A stretch of 64,000 nt of DNA, taken from Octopus bimaculoides. Lineage: Eukaryota. Below the pieces are notes generated by a model. That model worked only from the letters and a program-made list of their open reading frames with translations. It did no database searches and had not been told where the DNA came from. A program made the translations under genes and the position numbers. The DNA lies in assembly GCF_001194135.2 (NCBI RefSeq), contig NC_068985.1, positions 124,012,061 to 124,076,060 of the forward strand, written 5' to 3'. Numbering within the stretch: position 1 is the first letter of the stretch; each line of letters starts with the position of its first letter. This document shows positions 51,441 to 64,000 of this stretch, in pieces.

Positions 51441-51578
51441 CTAAATGGTAATTAAGCTACACCATCTGGAAGAGGAAATAAATAAATCAAGAATGGAATT
51501 TATGTCATTTGATACCACTGTATTTCTCTCTCCACACACACACACACACACAAACACACATATATATATATATATATA

Positions 51579-52310
51579 CAGGGTGTTTAAGAAAATTTGA
51601 TATCATTTCGGTATCTAATAATTTTGCCAGTTCTTGTTCAAAGGACTTCAAATTTTAACAGTATGTGTAGGAACAGGTCAAAATTTGATGTTTAACGCTT
51701 GATATGTTTATTTTTTCAGGCGTAGAAATGGCATTCACTGGAAGAGAAAAGGCGTTTTGTGTGTTGGAGTATGCTCGAGTCAGTCGAACAAGGTTGTTCA
51801 GCTTGCACTTGTGAGAGAGTTCTCTAAAAAGTCAACAACGGTAATGCAGATTTGGACATGGCTGTCTGTGCAGGGCAAAAGGATCTTGATGAACACTTAC
51901 ATCGAAAGAGACGTTTCGAGCGGGTTCGCCAAAATCTCTTGCAAAGCCCCAAGAAGTCCATAAGAAGAACAAGTCTGGAAATTAAGATTCCTCCAACGAC
52001 AGTTTGGCACATCCTGAGGAAACGCTTGCTAATGAAACTCTACAAGCTGCAGCTCGCTCAGGCCATAATGGCAGATGACAAGCGAAAACGCAAACAATTC
52101 TGTGTTGATATCTAAGAAGAACTTGAAGAAGCCGAGTTCAAGGAACGTCTTGTTTTCAGTGATGAGGCCACATTTCATACGAATGGCAAAGTCAATAAGC
52201 ATAATGTTCACATTTGGGGCGAAGGAAATCCCTATGTCAGTTGAGCCTGAGGAAGATTCACCAAAAGTGAGTGTGTTCTGCGCTATCTCAAAGAAGCATC
52301 TTCATGTAAT
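51579..52310 (+). mobile_element. Tc1/mariner superfamily element (maT/rosa-like), left end plus partial transposase
   Basis: TA|cagggtg terminus; MAFTGREKAFCVLEY HTH; ERVRQNLLQSPKKSIRRTSLE; FSDEA.FH.NGKVNKHN.HIWG; SPKVSVFCAIS; truncated at an RTE fragment. Confidence 0.85.
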
Positions 52311-52314
52311 AAAA

Positions 52315-53400
52315 ATGGAGTGGCTCTTTTGACGTTTTGTACTGGGAATAATCTGGTTGTCACCAACACTGTTTAAGCAGAATATAAATATAAAACCACC
52401 TGGATGCACCCAAGATCTAAGCGCTGGCATTTCACAGATTATATTTTGATTAGGAAATGTGATATGAAAGACGTTTCTAGCGTTCGGGTCATGAGAGGGG
52501 CAGAGAGCTGGACTGACCATCATCTAGTACGTGGAAAAATAGATTTTTCGATAATGCCTAAAAATCGACAGTCTGATCCTAAGGTACCCAAAAAGTTTAA
52601 TGTTGCAAACTTTAAATTATCAAGCAACTTGCAAAGATTACACAATGCTATAGAAAGTGTAAATCTTCACCCAAACAATCTATGGGAAGATTTCAAAACA
52701 AAATTATTTCAGTCTGCAAGTTCGTCAGTGAGATTTAAATCACGTAAGTCCAGTGACTGGTTCTCAGAGAGATCAGCAGAAATTCTTGATCTACTTTTAG
52801 AAAAACGAAACTTAGGCAATACACTTCTTTCTCAGTCCTTGAACCCCAACTCAAACGAAGCTTACAGAAGCTGAAAAAGAAAGTGCAGACTGCTCAAAGG
52901 AAAATTAAACAGGAATGGTAGAATGATAGAGCAAATGGGGCACAAGAAGCAGCTGATAGAAACGATGCCAAGGGTTTGTACTCTTATGTTAAGGAGGTAT
53001 ACGGCCTAAAATCTTCTTCAACAACTCCAGTGAGAACAGCAAATGGACGTTTGCTTCTGACTGACACAGCTTTTATTCATAAGCGTTGGGTAGAGCATTT
53101 TTCTGCACTTTTGAATAGACCATCATCCACTGACATGAGGACGAAAGAAAAGATCGAACAGCTTCCAGTTGTAGAAGAGATGGCATTTGAACCAACTCTA
53201 AATGACATTTATTTAGCTGTGAATAAGCTGAATAACAATAAGTCTCCAGGGTCTGATGGAATCTGTGCAGAAGTCTTGAAATAGGGGGGTGACAAAATGA
53301 TGGAACTCTTAAATATTTTAATTTGTCACTGTTGGAGAAGTGAGAAGGTGCCTCAAGACTGGGTTGATGCCATTTTAGTCTCCTTGTACAAATCGGTTTA
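52315..53400 (+). mobile_element. RTE-type (BovB-like) LINE fragment, APE C-terminus to RT start
   Basis: KTTWMHPRSKRWHFTDYILIRKCD..DVSSVRVMRGAESWTDHHLV; RWVEHFSALLNRPS; NNKSPGSDGICAEVLK; VPQDWVDAILVSLYK; in-frame stops. Confidence 0.9.
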
Positions 53401-53483
53401 AAAAGCCACATCAGATGGCATGATGGTGATAACGTGTAGGTACAGGAGGTGGTCAAATTCTGCACAATTAGTAGACAGCGACC

Positions 53484-53531
<48 letters not shown>

Positions 53532-54016
53532 ATACATATACACGTACATATGTATATACTTAGTATATATATATATATATATANNNNNNNNNNNNNNNNN
53601 NNNNNNNNNNNNNNNNNNNNNNNNNNNNNNNNNNNNNNNNNNNNNNNNNNNNNNNNNNNNNNNNNNNNNNNNNNNNNNNNNNNNNNNNNNNNNNNNNNNN
53701 NNNNNNNNNNNNNNNNNNNNNNNNNNNNNNNNNNNNNNNNNNNNNNNNNNNNNNNNNNNNNNNNNNNNNNNNNNNNNNNNNNNNNNNNNNNNNNNNNNNN
53801 NNNNNNNNNNNNNNNNNNNNNNNNNNNNNNNNNNNNNNNNNNNNNNNNNNNNNNNNNNNNNNNNNNNNNNNNNNNNNNNNNNNNNNNNNNNNNNNNNNNN
53901 NNNNNNNNNNNNNNNNNNNNNNNNNNNNNNNNNNNNNNNNNNNNNNNNNNNNNNNNNNNNNNNNNNNNNNNNNNNNNNNNNNNNNNNNNNNNNNNNNNNN
54001 NNNNNNNNNNNNNNNN

Positions 54017-54069
<53 letters not shown>

Positions 54070-54479
54070 TACGTATACGCACATACACACGCATACAAAC
54101 ACATACACTCGCAGATACGTATCCTAAACCGAAACAACACGTGACATCGTGGATGCGTAGGGGTGAGCTTGTTCATTGTTGAATAATGTATGTTACATAA
54201 TATGAATGGTCAATAAGCTCTATATTTAGAATGGGAAAGTTGTGGTCAGCGTGGCCGAATGATAAGCTAGACAGCTGTAGTCAAGTCTATTAAGTGACCG
54301 ACTACCGAATCAATCGCACATTCACTACCAGTGTCACCACTAATACCTTCTAACACTGGTATTAAAGTTTGTACGTTTAATGCAGGAGGTGGGGGTGGGG
54401 TGGTTTTAGTGATGTATTGAGTGTTTTTAAAGGTATACGTGATGTCATAGTTTTCTCCTTAGTCATTCTTGATAGTGCA

Positions 54480-54620
54480 GAGTTCGTATATCAAAAGCAT
54501 TCCAGTCGTGACTATACCCCCTTGCCTAAAATTATGTAATCTGACGTAACCTTCCCATTTTTAAGGGTGCTGAGTTTAATTGGTGTATGGTTTCGCGTCT
54601 ATTTCTAGCAGGACACGTAT
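54480..54620 (+). repeat. Interspersed repeat, family D
   Basis: See 9265-9480. Confidence 0.4.
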
Positions 54621-54719
54621 GCATTGAAACGCTGCTTCTTAATAGTCGATAGAGATGATGATGGCACGGAGAGCGTTACTGAAAACAGTATATTTTTTAC
54701 AATGACGACGATGGCATCA

Positions 54720-54720
54720 C

Positions 54721-54786
<66 letters not shown>

Positions 54787-54805
54787 CGACGAAGACGATG
54801 ATAAC
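54720..54805. repeat. (GAT)n microsatellite
   Basis: Direct inspection. Confidence 0.95.
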
Positions 54806-57428
54806 GATTCGGTGGGGACGGGAGTGATAAAAAGGAAGGGTAGAATGTGAGATGTATATATATATACCCAGTTTTTTTTTTACCTCTACTTCCGGTTTGT
54901 AGGTACTTTTGACTGAGTCATTTTTGTTGCAAGTATGCAGGTGAAAGTCTCCGATTTTAGGATAACTTCTACTCTTTTCTCTATCTCACGACCTCAGTGT
55001 TCCCGAGAAAAGATCATACGCGTTGCCCTTCTACTTTCTACCTCTAACTAACCCATAAAAATAAACAAATGCACACAAAAAGTTACTATAACTTAATCCC
55101 TATCACCATGATATTTGTCTTTTCATAGAAGGATTGGTTTTATTTTGGTGTAACATAGAGGTAGGATGATCATCACAAAGACGCGCTGGCGTTTGTAATC
55201 GTTAAGATACAGTAAATGACATGTTTGTTAGAGAATGAAACAGCGTTGTGGCCACTGTGCATTATGATTCATCTCATCGCTTATTTACTTAGACATCGAT
55301 AAATTTTTGTTCCTTATCGTGAGTCTATTAATTCACGAAAAGTCCAGTATTTTAAGTTGCTTATTGTTCTACAGCCACGGGTCAGCTTGATTGACCAAAT
55401 CTATGAAAAAACAATATTCTGGAGTTAGCCGTCTCATTTTTTTAGAGTTAATAGGGACTACGTTTTTAAAATGTTTTTTTCCTTTTTTAGTTTGATGGAA
55501 GTGAAGCATGAAACCTCTGAACGCCTTTAGCAGAGTCCACTGTGCTGCATGCATATCGACTGAGACTCTAGTCTGAGGTAAACCACAATTAATTTTTTCT
55601 GACTCTCTTTCTTTCATCATTCTCGGATATTACGCTAATGGGTCATAGGCGCTGACTAAGCAAGGGTTGTGTAACCCTTCATTCATAGGTAAAATTTTAT
55701 TCACATTTGAATTTGGAACCACCGTTAAATAAAATATCTAAAATATCCTGATAAGCATAAAATAATTAAGCATGAAGACCAAAACAGAAATTTAATGCAA
55801 ACATTAAAATAGAATTTTAAAAATATTATAAGTTCCATAGCTACGAACTTGTAAAATTGAACGGTCATCAGCACAGGTGTATCCTTACAGGTTTTTATAC
55901 ACTTGCAATTTGCCCCAGTTATAAAAAACCTGTTCCCTACAAAAGGACTAAGCTATAAAAAGGGAAATAAATTAGGAAGATGTGGTACTCGAATTTCACG
56001 TAGCTACTTTTTTGCTGTAGACAACCGGCTTTGCTTCAACACAGAAACGATGTTTATATAAATATTTATATAGAAAAATTGATATATCGATTAGAGACAG
56101 ACAAGCAAAGAAAAAAACCAAAATATTTTAACAAGTAACTGTACTGTAATTATGTAATGAATTTTCTTATCATATCATGTTCTGTAGACCATGCTAAGGG
56201 GTAACTAACTAAGATAACTTGCTTGTAAATAGTAATCATAACTTGTTAGTATAGATGAAAAGAGCGCTGGTGTCGATAATGTAATACAACCAGTTACTAT
56301 TAATGAAAATTGGAATGTGGATGTGTTTCTTTTACACACAAATGGTGTGTCGTATTTTAAAAAATGAAAGCTGGTGGAAGAATGAAGGCAGGGACGTTGA
56401 AGTTCCTGATTGCAGTATTTACTTGCTTCCCTTTGTATCTTGATAATATAGGTTTTAATAATGCTCAAACTTTCAAAAATATAATATATCTTGATTATAG
56501 TAATGTTCATAGCGATTCGTTTCTTTATTTTTCACACTGATAGTTGACTTCAGGACATTATTTAAGATAAGGAATTTCTCTTTAATACACATACTATAAT
56601 GTTTGGCTTTTTAGTGAATGTTTTACTACGATCCGTAATTTCTGAATTAATTCTGACGTTGTCAATCCCATTGTCTTTCAACTTCCACTTATATTAGATA
56701 AGAGCTTTGATAATAACTGTTAAACCAGTTAACAAAAGGTTTTGAAATTTAAAAAGTGAATTTAATTTTACGTATAAATGCAACCTTTTTTCTCCAGCGC
56801 GTTGTAGTATTATATTAAGAGACAATTTTAAAAGTCGAATTTGTTTATTGATATATCAGACGTTTTTTAATGTTCATTTATAACCTATTCAGATACATAA
56901 AAAATTTATGATACTCACATACAAGAATGGTATGTACGAAGTCTTGAAATTTAATGTTACGTCTAAAAACTGAACATTTTTATACTTACTGTAATTCTAA
57001 AACAGATTTAGTCGAATGTACTAGTTTGTTTCATTCTGAATTCGTCTAATTGCTGTTGAAATGTCATGAGAGAGATGAACCATTAATGTCTTGTGAGCTT
57101 GTTTTTAAATACAGTTACTAGAATGTGTAAAATATAAGGGATCGCTAATTCACAAACTTTATCATTGCCAAAAACTCACTCTTACACCAAATCATCTTCA
57201 ACATCATTCTTCACCCAAACATTGTCAAAGACAACGCTTTTCTGGTATCAGTATTTCTATATCAATAAAACAACCGAAGCAAATTTTGAAGCACCAAATG
57301 ATCGTCACCTGCAAAGGTTCTTTGCTAGGAATCCGTCAGAGGATCGTTTTGTCAGAATGAAACAAATGGAGCGGTAATAATCTTTACTTGCTGCACGCAC
57401 GCACGCACGCAGACAGACAGACAGACAC

Positions 57429-57483
<55 letters not shown>

Positions 57484-58596
57484 AACACACATACGCAAAC
57501 TCAAACACATACACACACATGTATATATTATATCACACAAAGCAATTGGGACTTAAAATCCAAGCAAATATCTTACAAGCACTCTGATAAAATCCGGAAA
57601 TCCGGACTTAGCTAACCACATCGAATGATAGCAAATATTTAGGTTAGTTTAGAATAAACAATTAAACCAATCGAAGGGAGAACAATTCAACTGTACAACA
57701 TTCGATTGGTAAATCCTGAGATCGGTTCAATAGATTTCATGCAGAATATAGAGTATATTATCAAGCCACAATTATTGAAGTAAGGAAAGTTATACATACT
57801 AAAATGCACTTTCTTCAAATCATATTCTGATACGAGTCTCTGCCGATTAAATGTCTTTGGGTCCTTTATTATAATACGTTTATGGACTTAGTAGATTTAT
57901 ATTAAATCAAATGTAGTACTCGTACAAATCCAATGCTTGAGGTCCTATACAGATTTAATCGAGACGTTTTTCATATGGGTGGGTGACATGAACTGAAGAT
58001 TATAGTATTAAATATAAGTTTATAAAATAATATCTTGGTAGGAATATATAAGAGATTAACAACAGTTGATTTAATAGAAATCAAATAAGTACACTAAACT
58101 ATTTTATCAAAGGTCCTTACTATACTTATCAGAAAAACGTGTCGGAAAGTAATAATATACAGAAAATACATTTAATAAATGAATTTCAAAGATGTGTAAC
58201 TCTCCACTCTTCATTATACACACATACATACATACATACATACATACATACATACATACATACATACATACACATATACATATACAAACACACACACACA
58301 TATATATANNNNNNNNNNNNNNNNNNNNNNNNNNNNNNNNNNNNNNNNNNNNNNNNNNNNNNNNNNNNNNNNNNNNNNNNNNNNNNNNNNNNNNNNNNNN
58401 NNNNNNNNNNNNNATATAACCTATAGTGGTGTATTTTGCCAATGAAAATACACTTATCGTTTACTTTCGTGTTAGTCTAGGAATTTTAAGTAAGCTATTA
58501 ATTGTTTCAAGATGTGATGTCGCATACAAAACTTGCATATCCAATAAAATGCAGCACACACTCACACGCACACACGCACACACACGCACACACGTA

Positions 58597-58613
58597 CAGA
58601 TAGATAGATAGAC

Positions 58614-58692
<79 letters not shown>

Positions 58693-58693
58693 C
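58597..58693. repeat. (GATA)n microsatellite
   Basis: Direct inspection. Confidence 0.95.
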
Positions 58694-59099
58694 AGATTGC
58701 GTGCGTGAGTGAGTGAACGAGTGAGTGACACTAACATATCGATCCACAAAATCAAAAGACAAAAATAACTAAACGAAAATATTTAAGTTTAATTTGACGA
58801 CACTTAAATAAACTAATAGTTTTAGAGAAGATTAGAAAGGGAAATTATAACTTAAACATTAGTAAAATAGTATCGACAGGAAATCAAAACAAGACAGCGA
58901 AGTTGGCTGATGTAGAACAGAACGCCTTGCCACGATAATGATATTGATAGAAACATTATTGGTAAGATAATTACTTTGGCACAGCATGAAAAATATGCCT
59001 GAGATGGATACAGGGCATTCAAACTTCGTTATATGGATACTTACATATACTCCCCTTATTTCGTATGCCCATACAACGCTGTTTCGTCTTCCTTTTGTC

Positions 59100-59520
59100 T
59101 CCTTAATCTAACTATTCATATAACAAAACATTGCTTCCCTGTCTGACTTGTTTAAGTTGTTTAAATTACGTGGGCCACTTCCTTACTCTCAACATTGTCC
59201 TCTTCTTCATAATTCCCCTCCTAATGTATTTCTCACAACAGGAACTATTCCCGCTATCATATACTCAACTTTATCACACGCCACTAATGATTTACTATTT
59301 AAAAAAAATATATTTACTCCCATCTCGCATGAGTACTTTCTGCCTTTTACTGCCCTACTTATATATTTCCACTTCACCTTAAACACCTTAAAGTCGAAAA
59401 CTTGTTTATCTCGAAGATGAAGATTCAGCTTTGAAACGTTTAATTCCTCTCCCCATGGTGTAATACAATCATCTGTATTTACGAATTTCACTGTGCAATT
59501 TTTGATCTCTATATGTTTCC
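59100..59520 (+). mobile_element. Possible solo Penelope pLTR relic with a degenerate hammerhead motif
   Basis: C/T-rich tract followed by ctcgaagatgaag-attcag-cttt-gaaacg, resembling CTGAAGATG-[stem II]-GAAAC. Confidence 0.3.
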
Positions 59521-59659
59521 TCAAATTCTGTTTTGTTTTGTTTTTTTTTCTTTTTTACATGGTACCTATTCAGTTAATTCATGCGGGATAGGAAACAATT
59601 TAAATGCGATTAAAAAGGGGAAAAACAGCAATAGTCAGAATTTAGAGACAAAATTTAAA

Positions 59660-59923
59660 TATTGGCTTCACATTTTGGTTCAATGCCAGCAATTTCGGAG
59701 GAGAGGGTACGTTGATTACAATGATCCCAGTGACCAACTGGCACTTATTTTATTGCAGCAACCCCAGTGACCAAGTGGTATTTGATTTATCACAACGGCC
59801 CCAGTGGTCAGAATGAAAGGTAAAGTCAACTTCGGCGGAAATCGAACTTAGAACCGAAAGACGGTCGAAATGCTGCTAAGCATTCTACCCGATGTGCTAA
59901 CCATTTTGCCAGCTCACCGCCTT
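59660..59923 (-). mobile_element. SINE family A with an internal triplicated cccagtg module
   Basis: Head (gtgctaaccattttgccagctcaccgcctt) intact; cccagtgaccaa.tgg appears twice and cccagtgg once more. Confidence 0.85.
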
Positions 59924-60699
59924 CTTTAAAAGTGGATATGATGCCGCTGCAACATAATTTAGATATTAGAAAGGACATTTAATTCGATTCTCGACCCTTT
60001 TTGCCACTCCAACAATTCTTTGTTTCCGAACAAACAGTTATCCCCTTTCTGAAAGGTGACCTAAGAATACTAATTATAGTTCTATAAACGTTCTTTTTCT
60101 TTAAACTTTATAAAGTTCACCACATCCACCACTTAATCTTCCCTTACACTGAAATATATCACTATGTGTAGTTGCCAAATATTTAATTATCCTTGAATAA
60201 TTTATATTCTCTTATAATGATTTTGCATCTTCATGACACGTTGTCTTCAATTCAGTTTTACAGCAGGTTGAATCCTGATTCAAGTAACATCGGAAATTCA
60301 TCTTCAAAGAAGTTAGAAACCAAATAGAAAGTTATTCTGTTAGTTAATTCATCCAATTACATGGATAGTTAGTTGTGTATTTAAGATATATTAACTACGT
60401 TGTTATTTAAATGAGCCAACGACAGAAATCCCTATCAACCAAACCTCGTTCAAAGTATACTGCACGTTGTTTTTAAAGAAGCAGACATGGAATATCGACG
60501 TACTGGACATAGAAAATGACACATAAATGTGTTTGATGAGCGCTGACTTGGCACCAAAGAATCAACAGCTACTCATTCCAAAAAATCATACTAGTCGACT
60601 TGATATTAGAAAAAAAGAAAAAGAATTTGAACGGAATAATGTACCGATGTGAGTTCCCATCGCTATCGCTAGTCTCCGCGGTGGATGTGATCGTAATAG

Positions 60700-61020
60700 T
60701 GTACCGTCGGTTACAACGACAATGATCCAGTTGATCTGATCAACGGAACAGCCTGCTCGTGACATTAACGTGCAAGTAGTGGCTAGGCAATCCACAAGAC
60801 ATGCGTAATCCTTAATATAGTTCTGAGAGAGATTCAGCATGATACAGAATGGGACAATGTTGGTCTTTTGATATACATGTACGACTTATTTTTGCCAGCT
60901 GAGTGGTCTGGAGAAACATGAAATAAAGTATCTTGCTCAGGGACACACAGGATATGCACCACCGGATATCGAGCTCACGATTATGACCCGAATAACCTAA
61001 CCACCGGGCTACGCTCTTTG
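60700..61020 (-). mobile_element. SINE family B, near full length
   Basis: Reverse-complement head (aaataaagtatcttgctcagggacaca...ctaaccac..gctacgc) and long tail (ccgtcggttac...gatcaacggaacagcctgctcgtga). Confidence 0.8.
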
Positions 61021-61099
61021 GTTCGTTGGCTTGCCATGCTTAAGTACATTCTTCACAAATTAATACCCGAAAGCAACAGACAATACATCTGTGTCCTGT

Positions 61100-61570
61100 T
61101 GAAGGGAAATGGAATATGTAATTCTCATCTGCTAAAGGAATGGAGATTAAAGGTAATCAACAAGGAAGGGAATTGAAGACTCAGAATTAGTCATTAGCTT
61201 TAACAATTGATACATCAGCTCATGTTTTAATTCCATCACAGATTGATGGAAACTTATTAATGATAACCACGTGATTTAGTACTGCCTTCTCATGGTTGAT
61301 TGGTCTGTGACTAAATTTTCTCTTACCAAGCTTTCCATGAGAGTAGAATGTGTGGGCGCCCAGTAGAGTTAGAAATAAAACTCGGTAAAGGCAGATGAGA
61401 TCCTGGAGAGCGAAACGACATTAACATACGGGGGGACCAAAGGGATTTTGAGTTCCAATGAATTACTTAACTGGAACTTACGCTAATATTTTACTTTACA
61501 GTGGAACTGTGAGAGGGAGAGGCAGAAGCCTAAATCCGAGATGGGTGGATGAAATTAGGAAACAATTTCA
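61100..61570 (+). mobile_element. Very decayed RTE-like C-terminal relic
   Basis: GTVRGRGRSLNPRWVDEIRK resembles G.V.G.R.RGRP..RW.D.I; the rest is weak. Confidence 0.3.
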
Positions 61571-62006
61571 GGTACCCCAAAGGGAAGATATGATATGTGT
61601 GATTTGATTTCAGTTCATTCATTAGAGAATTAACGTATATTTCCAGGAATTAGCCCCTATATTTGGAACATAAGCCTGCTGGGGAAGTTTGGCCCTAAGT
61701 CTTGTTTAGCGTCAACAATATTTGCTGTTAATGACGTCATTTCGTCGTTTTCCAAGTAAGTTTATCTATTTTTAATTCTTTCGTAATTATATTCGATATA
61801 TTGTCTCGGTTAGACTCTTATCATTTCTCATCAGTAACCAGAAATTAAAGAGGTGAACCGTTTGCGAATTTATCGTAATACCAAAGCTCAAAATAAACAC
61901 ACTCCTTCCACTCCACAAACACGAGGCGACCATCAGCATCCTAGCATCCCCAATAAGGAAGTAGTCGTTTTATTGCTTCTACATTTTTAGATATTTTTCT
62001 TTTTTT

Positions 62007-62011
<5 letters not shown>

Positions 62012-62082
<71 letters not shown>

Positions 62083-62083
62083 A
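62012..62083. repeat. Compound (ATT)n-(GTT)n microsatellite
   Basis: Direct inspection. Confidence 0.95.
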
Positions 62084-63540
62084 CTGTTTATTCTCATTTT
62101 GTTTCCTAGAATCTAATAGTTGTTATCTTTCATGTTTAGTGTTAGACGTTAGATACGGTTGGTGAATTCAAAATCTGTACTGCTGGCCCTGCTTAATATT
62201 TCTGTATGACCAAAAAATCGGTGTATTTTCCGCTACAGTACATATTATCTATTGAGAATTGCTATATCCTTAATTTCATTCTTAATAAAACATAAGAGTG
62301 GGAGGGAGTATCCAATATCGCCCTTTTACCTCGTAGAGAAAAACCACTGACAACATGTCTTCCTTTAACTATTCTATCTCTGTCTCTCCCTCTGTCACAA
62401 AATCACAGACATACAGCATATACACACACACATCTGTATCTGTATGCATGTATGCGTCCGCGCCCGTGGACATACACCCATATAGACACATATCTTCTAT
62501 ATATTTGTACATACGTTAATATAATTGGCAACATACCTATCATTTTCTACTTGTCTGTCCCGCTAAGGGAGATAAGTGTGAACTTATTTGATTTATAGAT
62601 ATGTCTCCCGTAGGTACAACTAGCTCACTGAATATTACCTGTCATATAACAGGTACTATTCGGAATACACCTTCGATGTTGTTGGTAAGCATTAGAGAAC
62701 TGTATATAAATGGGTAATTAAAAAGTGCTTTCAGTTGTACATACCTTTTATTTTAATTTAATAATTTTTTTTTGTTGAAACTTAGTTTTCATTACTATTC
62801 ATTGAGCATGAAATCAGGAAAGTGTATCATATCAACCATTGTATTTATATATTCGATTATTACGAACAAAGTTTATGGCCAAATTAAACCTGTAACACTG
62901 ATAGGTATATATATATATATATGTTTTTTTTTGGGGGGGGCATATATATATATATATATATATANNNNNNNNNNNNNNNNNNNNNNNNNNNNNNNNNNNN
63001 NNNNNNNNNNNNNNNNNNNNNNNNNNNNNNNNNNNNNNNNNNNNNNNNNNNNNNNNNNNNNNNNNNNNNNNNNNNNNNNNNNNNNNNNNNNNNNNNNNNN
63101 NNNNNNNNNNNNNNNNNNNNNNNNNNNNNNNNNNNNNNNNNNNNNNNNNNNNNNNNNNNNNNNNNNNNNNNNNNNNNNNNNNNNNNNNNNNNNNNNNNNN
63201 NNNNNNNNNNNNNNNNNNNNNNNNNNNNNNNNNNNNNNNNNNNNNNNNNNNNNNNNNNNNNNNNNNNNNNNNNNNNNNNNNNNNNNNNNNNNNNNNNNNN
63301 NNNNNNNNNNNNNNNNNNNNNNNNNNNNNNNNNNNNNNNNNNNNNNNNNNNNNNNNNNNNNNNNNNNNNNNNNNNNNNNNNNNNNNNNNNNNNNNNNNNN
63401 NNNNNNNNNNNNNGCGAATCCAATAATAACAATACAAACTATTTAGCCCTTAAAACGGATTTTGTGCATTTACAGATATTACAGAACTGTCTTACACAGG
63501 ATCTTGTTTTTAGGAATTCCCAATAAGTTATGAATACCCA

Positions 63541-63790
63541 AATTGTGAAGTTAGTTATGTAATAACATGAAATTAGTTACCCGATAGTAAGAATTCAAAT
63601 AAAGTAGACCCGAAAAGGGCTTTAATGAGTTCCCAGAGTGTATAGAACATAGGAGGAAATACTAATAAATATGTATACTAAAATCGTGAAGCATGTTATG
63701 TAATAACAGACTAATCAGATATGATATAATAACCATTTAAAGTAAATAACTCTGAAAAGGGCTTTTCTGCGTTCCCAAAGAATGTTACCC
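63541..63790. repeat. Diverged tandem duplication, ~142-bp period
   Basis: aat.gtgaag...gttatgtaataaca at 63541 and 63682; gaaaagggcttt....gttccca at 63612 and 63754. Confidence 0.65.
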
Positions 63791-64000
63791 TCAGGGGCTC
63801 TAGTGTTGGTATATTCGTGAATAAGTCACGCATGTGTATGTGTGCATGTGTGTGTGTGTGTTTCCATGCCAGATTAGTACGATTGAAACTGATTTAAGGT
63901 GTATATATGTCCATCTACATACATACATACATACATACATGCATACCTACATAAACATACATACAGACATACATATATATATATATATAACACTAACAAC

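Noticed and set aside
55634-55685. ctgactaa + aagggtt/gtgt/aaccctt hairpin as a ribozyme or terminator
   Set aside because: No GAAA core and no U-tract; the sequence is eukaryotic.

Overview
AT-rich, microsatellite-dense eukaryotic scaffold with many N-gaps, mostly flanked by (AT)n or other microsatellites. The SINE families and repeat landscape look like an octopus/cephalopod genome (inference from recognised repeat types, not verified). No intact host protein-coding gene can be supported; the window reads as intergenic or intronic DNA full of transposon relics. These comprise several R4/Dong-type and two CRE-type RLE LINE fragments, L1/Tx1 and RTE-type LINE fragments, a 5'-truncated but still readable Neptune-type Penelope-like element (RT + GIY-YIG) plus more decayed PLE pieces, a full-length dead Tc1, mariner/maT fragments, hAT, Tc1 and Merlin-like MITEs, and three tRNA-derived SINE families. 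The most unusual signals are (i) two fold-back elements whose centre is a hairpin followed by GAAAC-[palindromic 4-mer]-GTA, i.e. the 3' half of a Penelope-type minimal hammerhead ribozyme with no CUGANGA half; (ii) two young MITE copies with 8-bp TSDs carrying an inverted, length-variable telomeric repeat core; and (iii) repeated tail-to-tail meeting of R4/Dong LINEs and SINEs at (AAT)n tracts. Coordinates of decayed relics are approximate, and all family assignments come from motif recognition by eye, without database searches.
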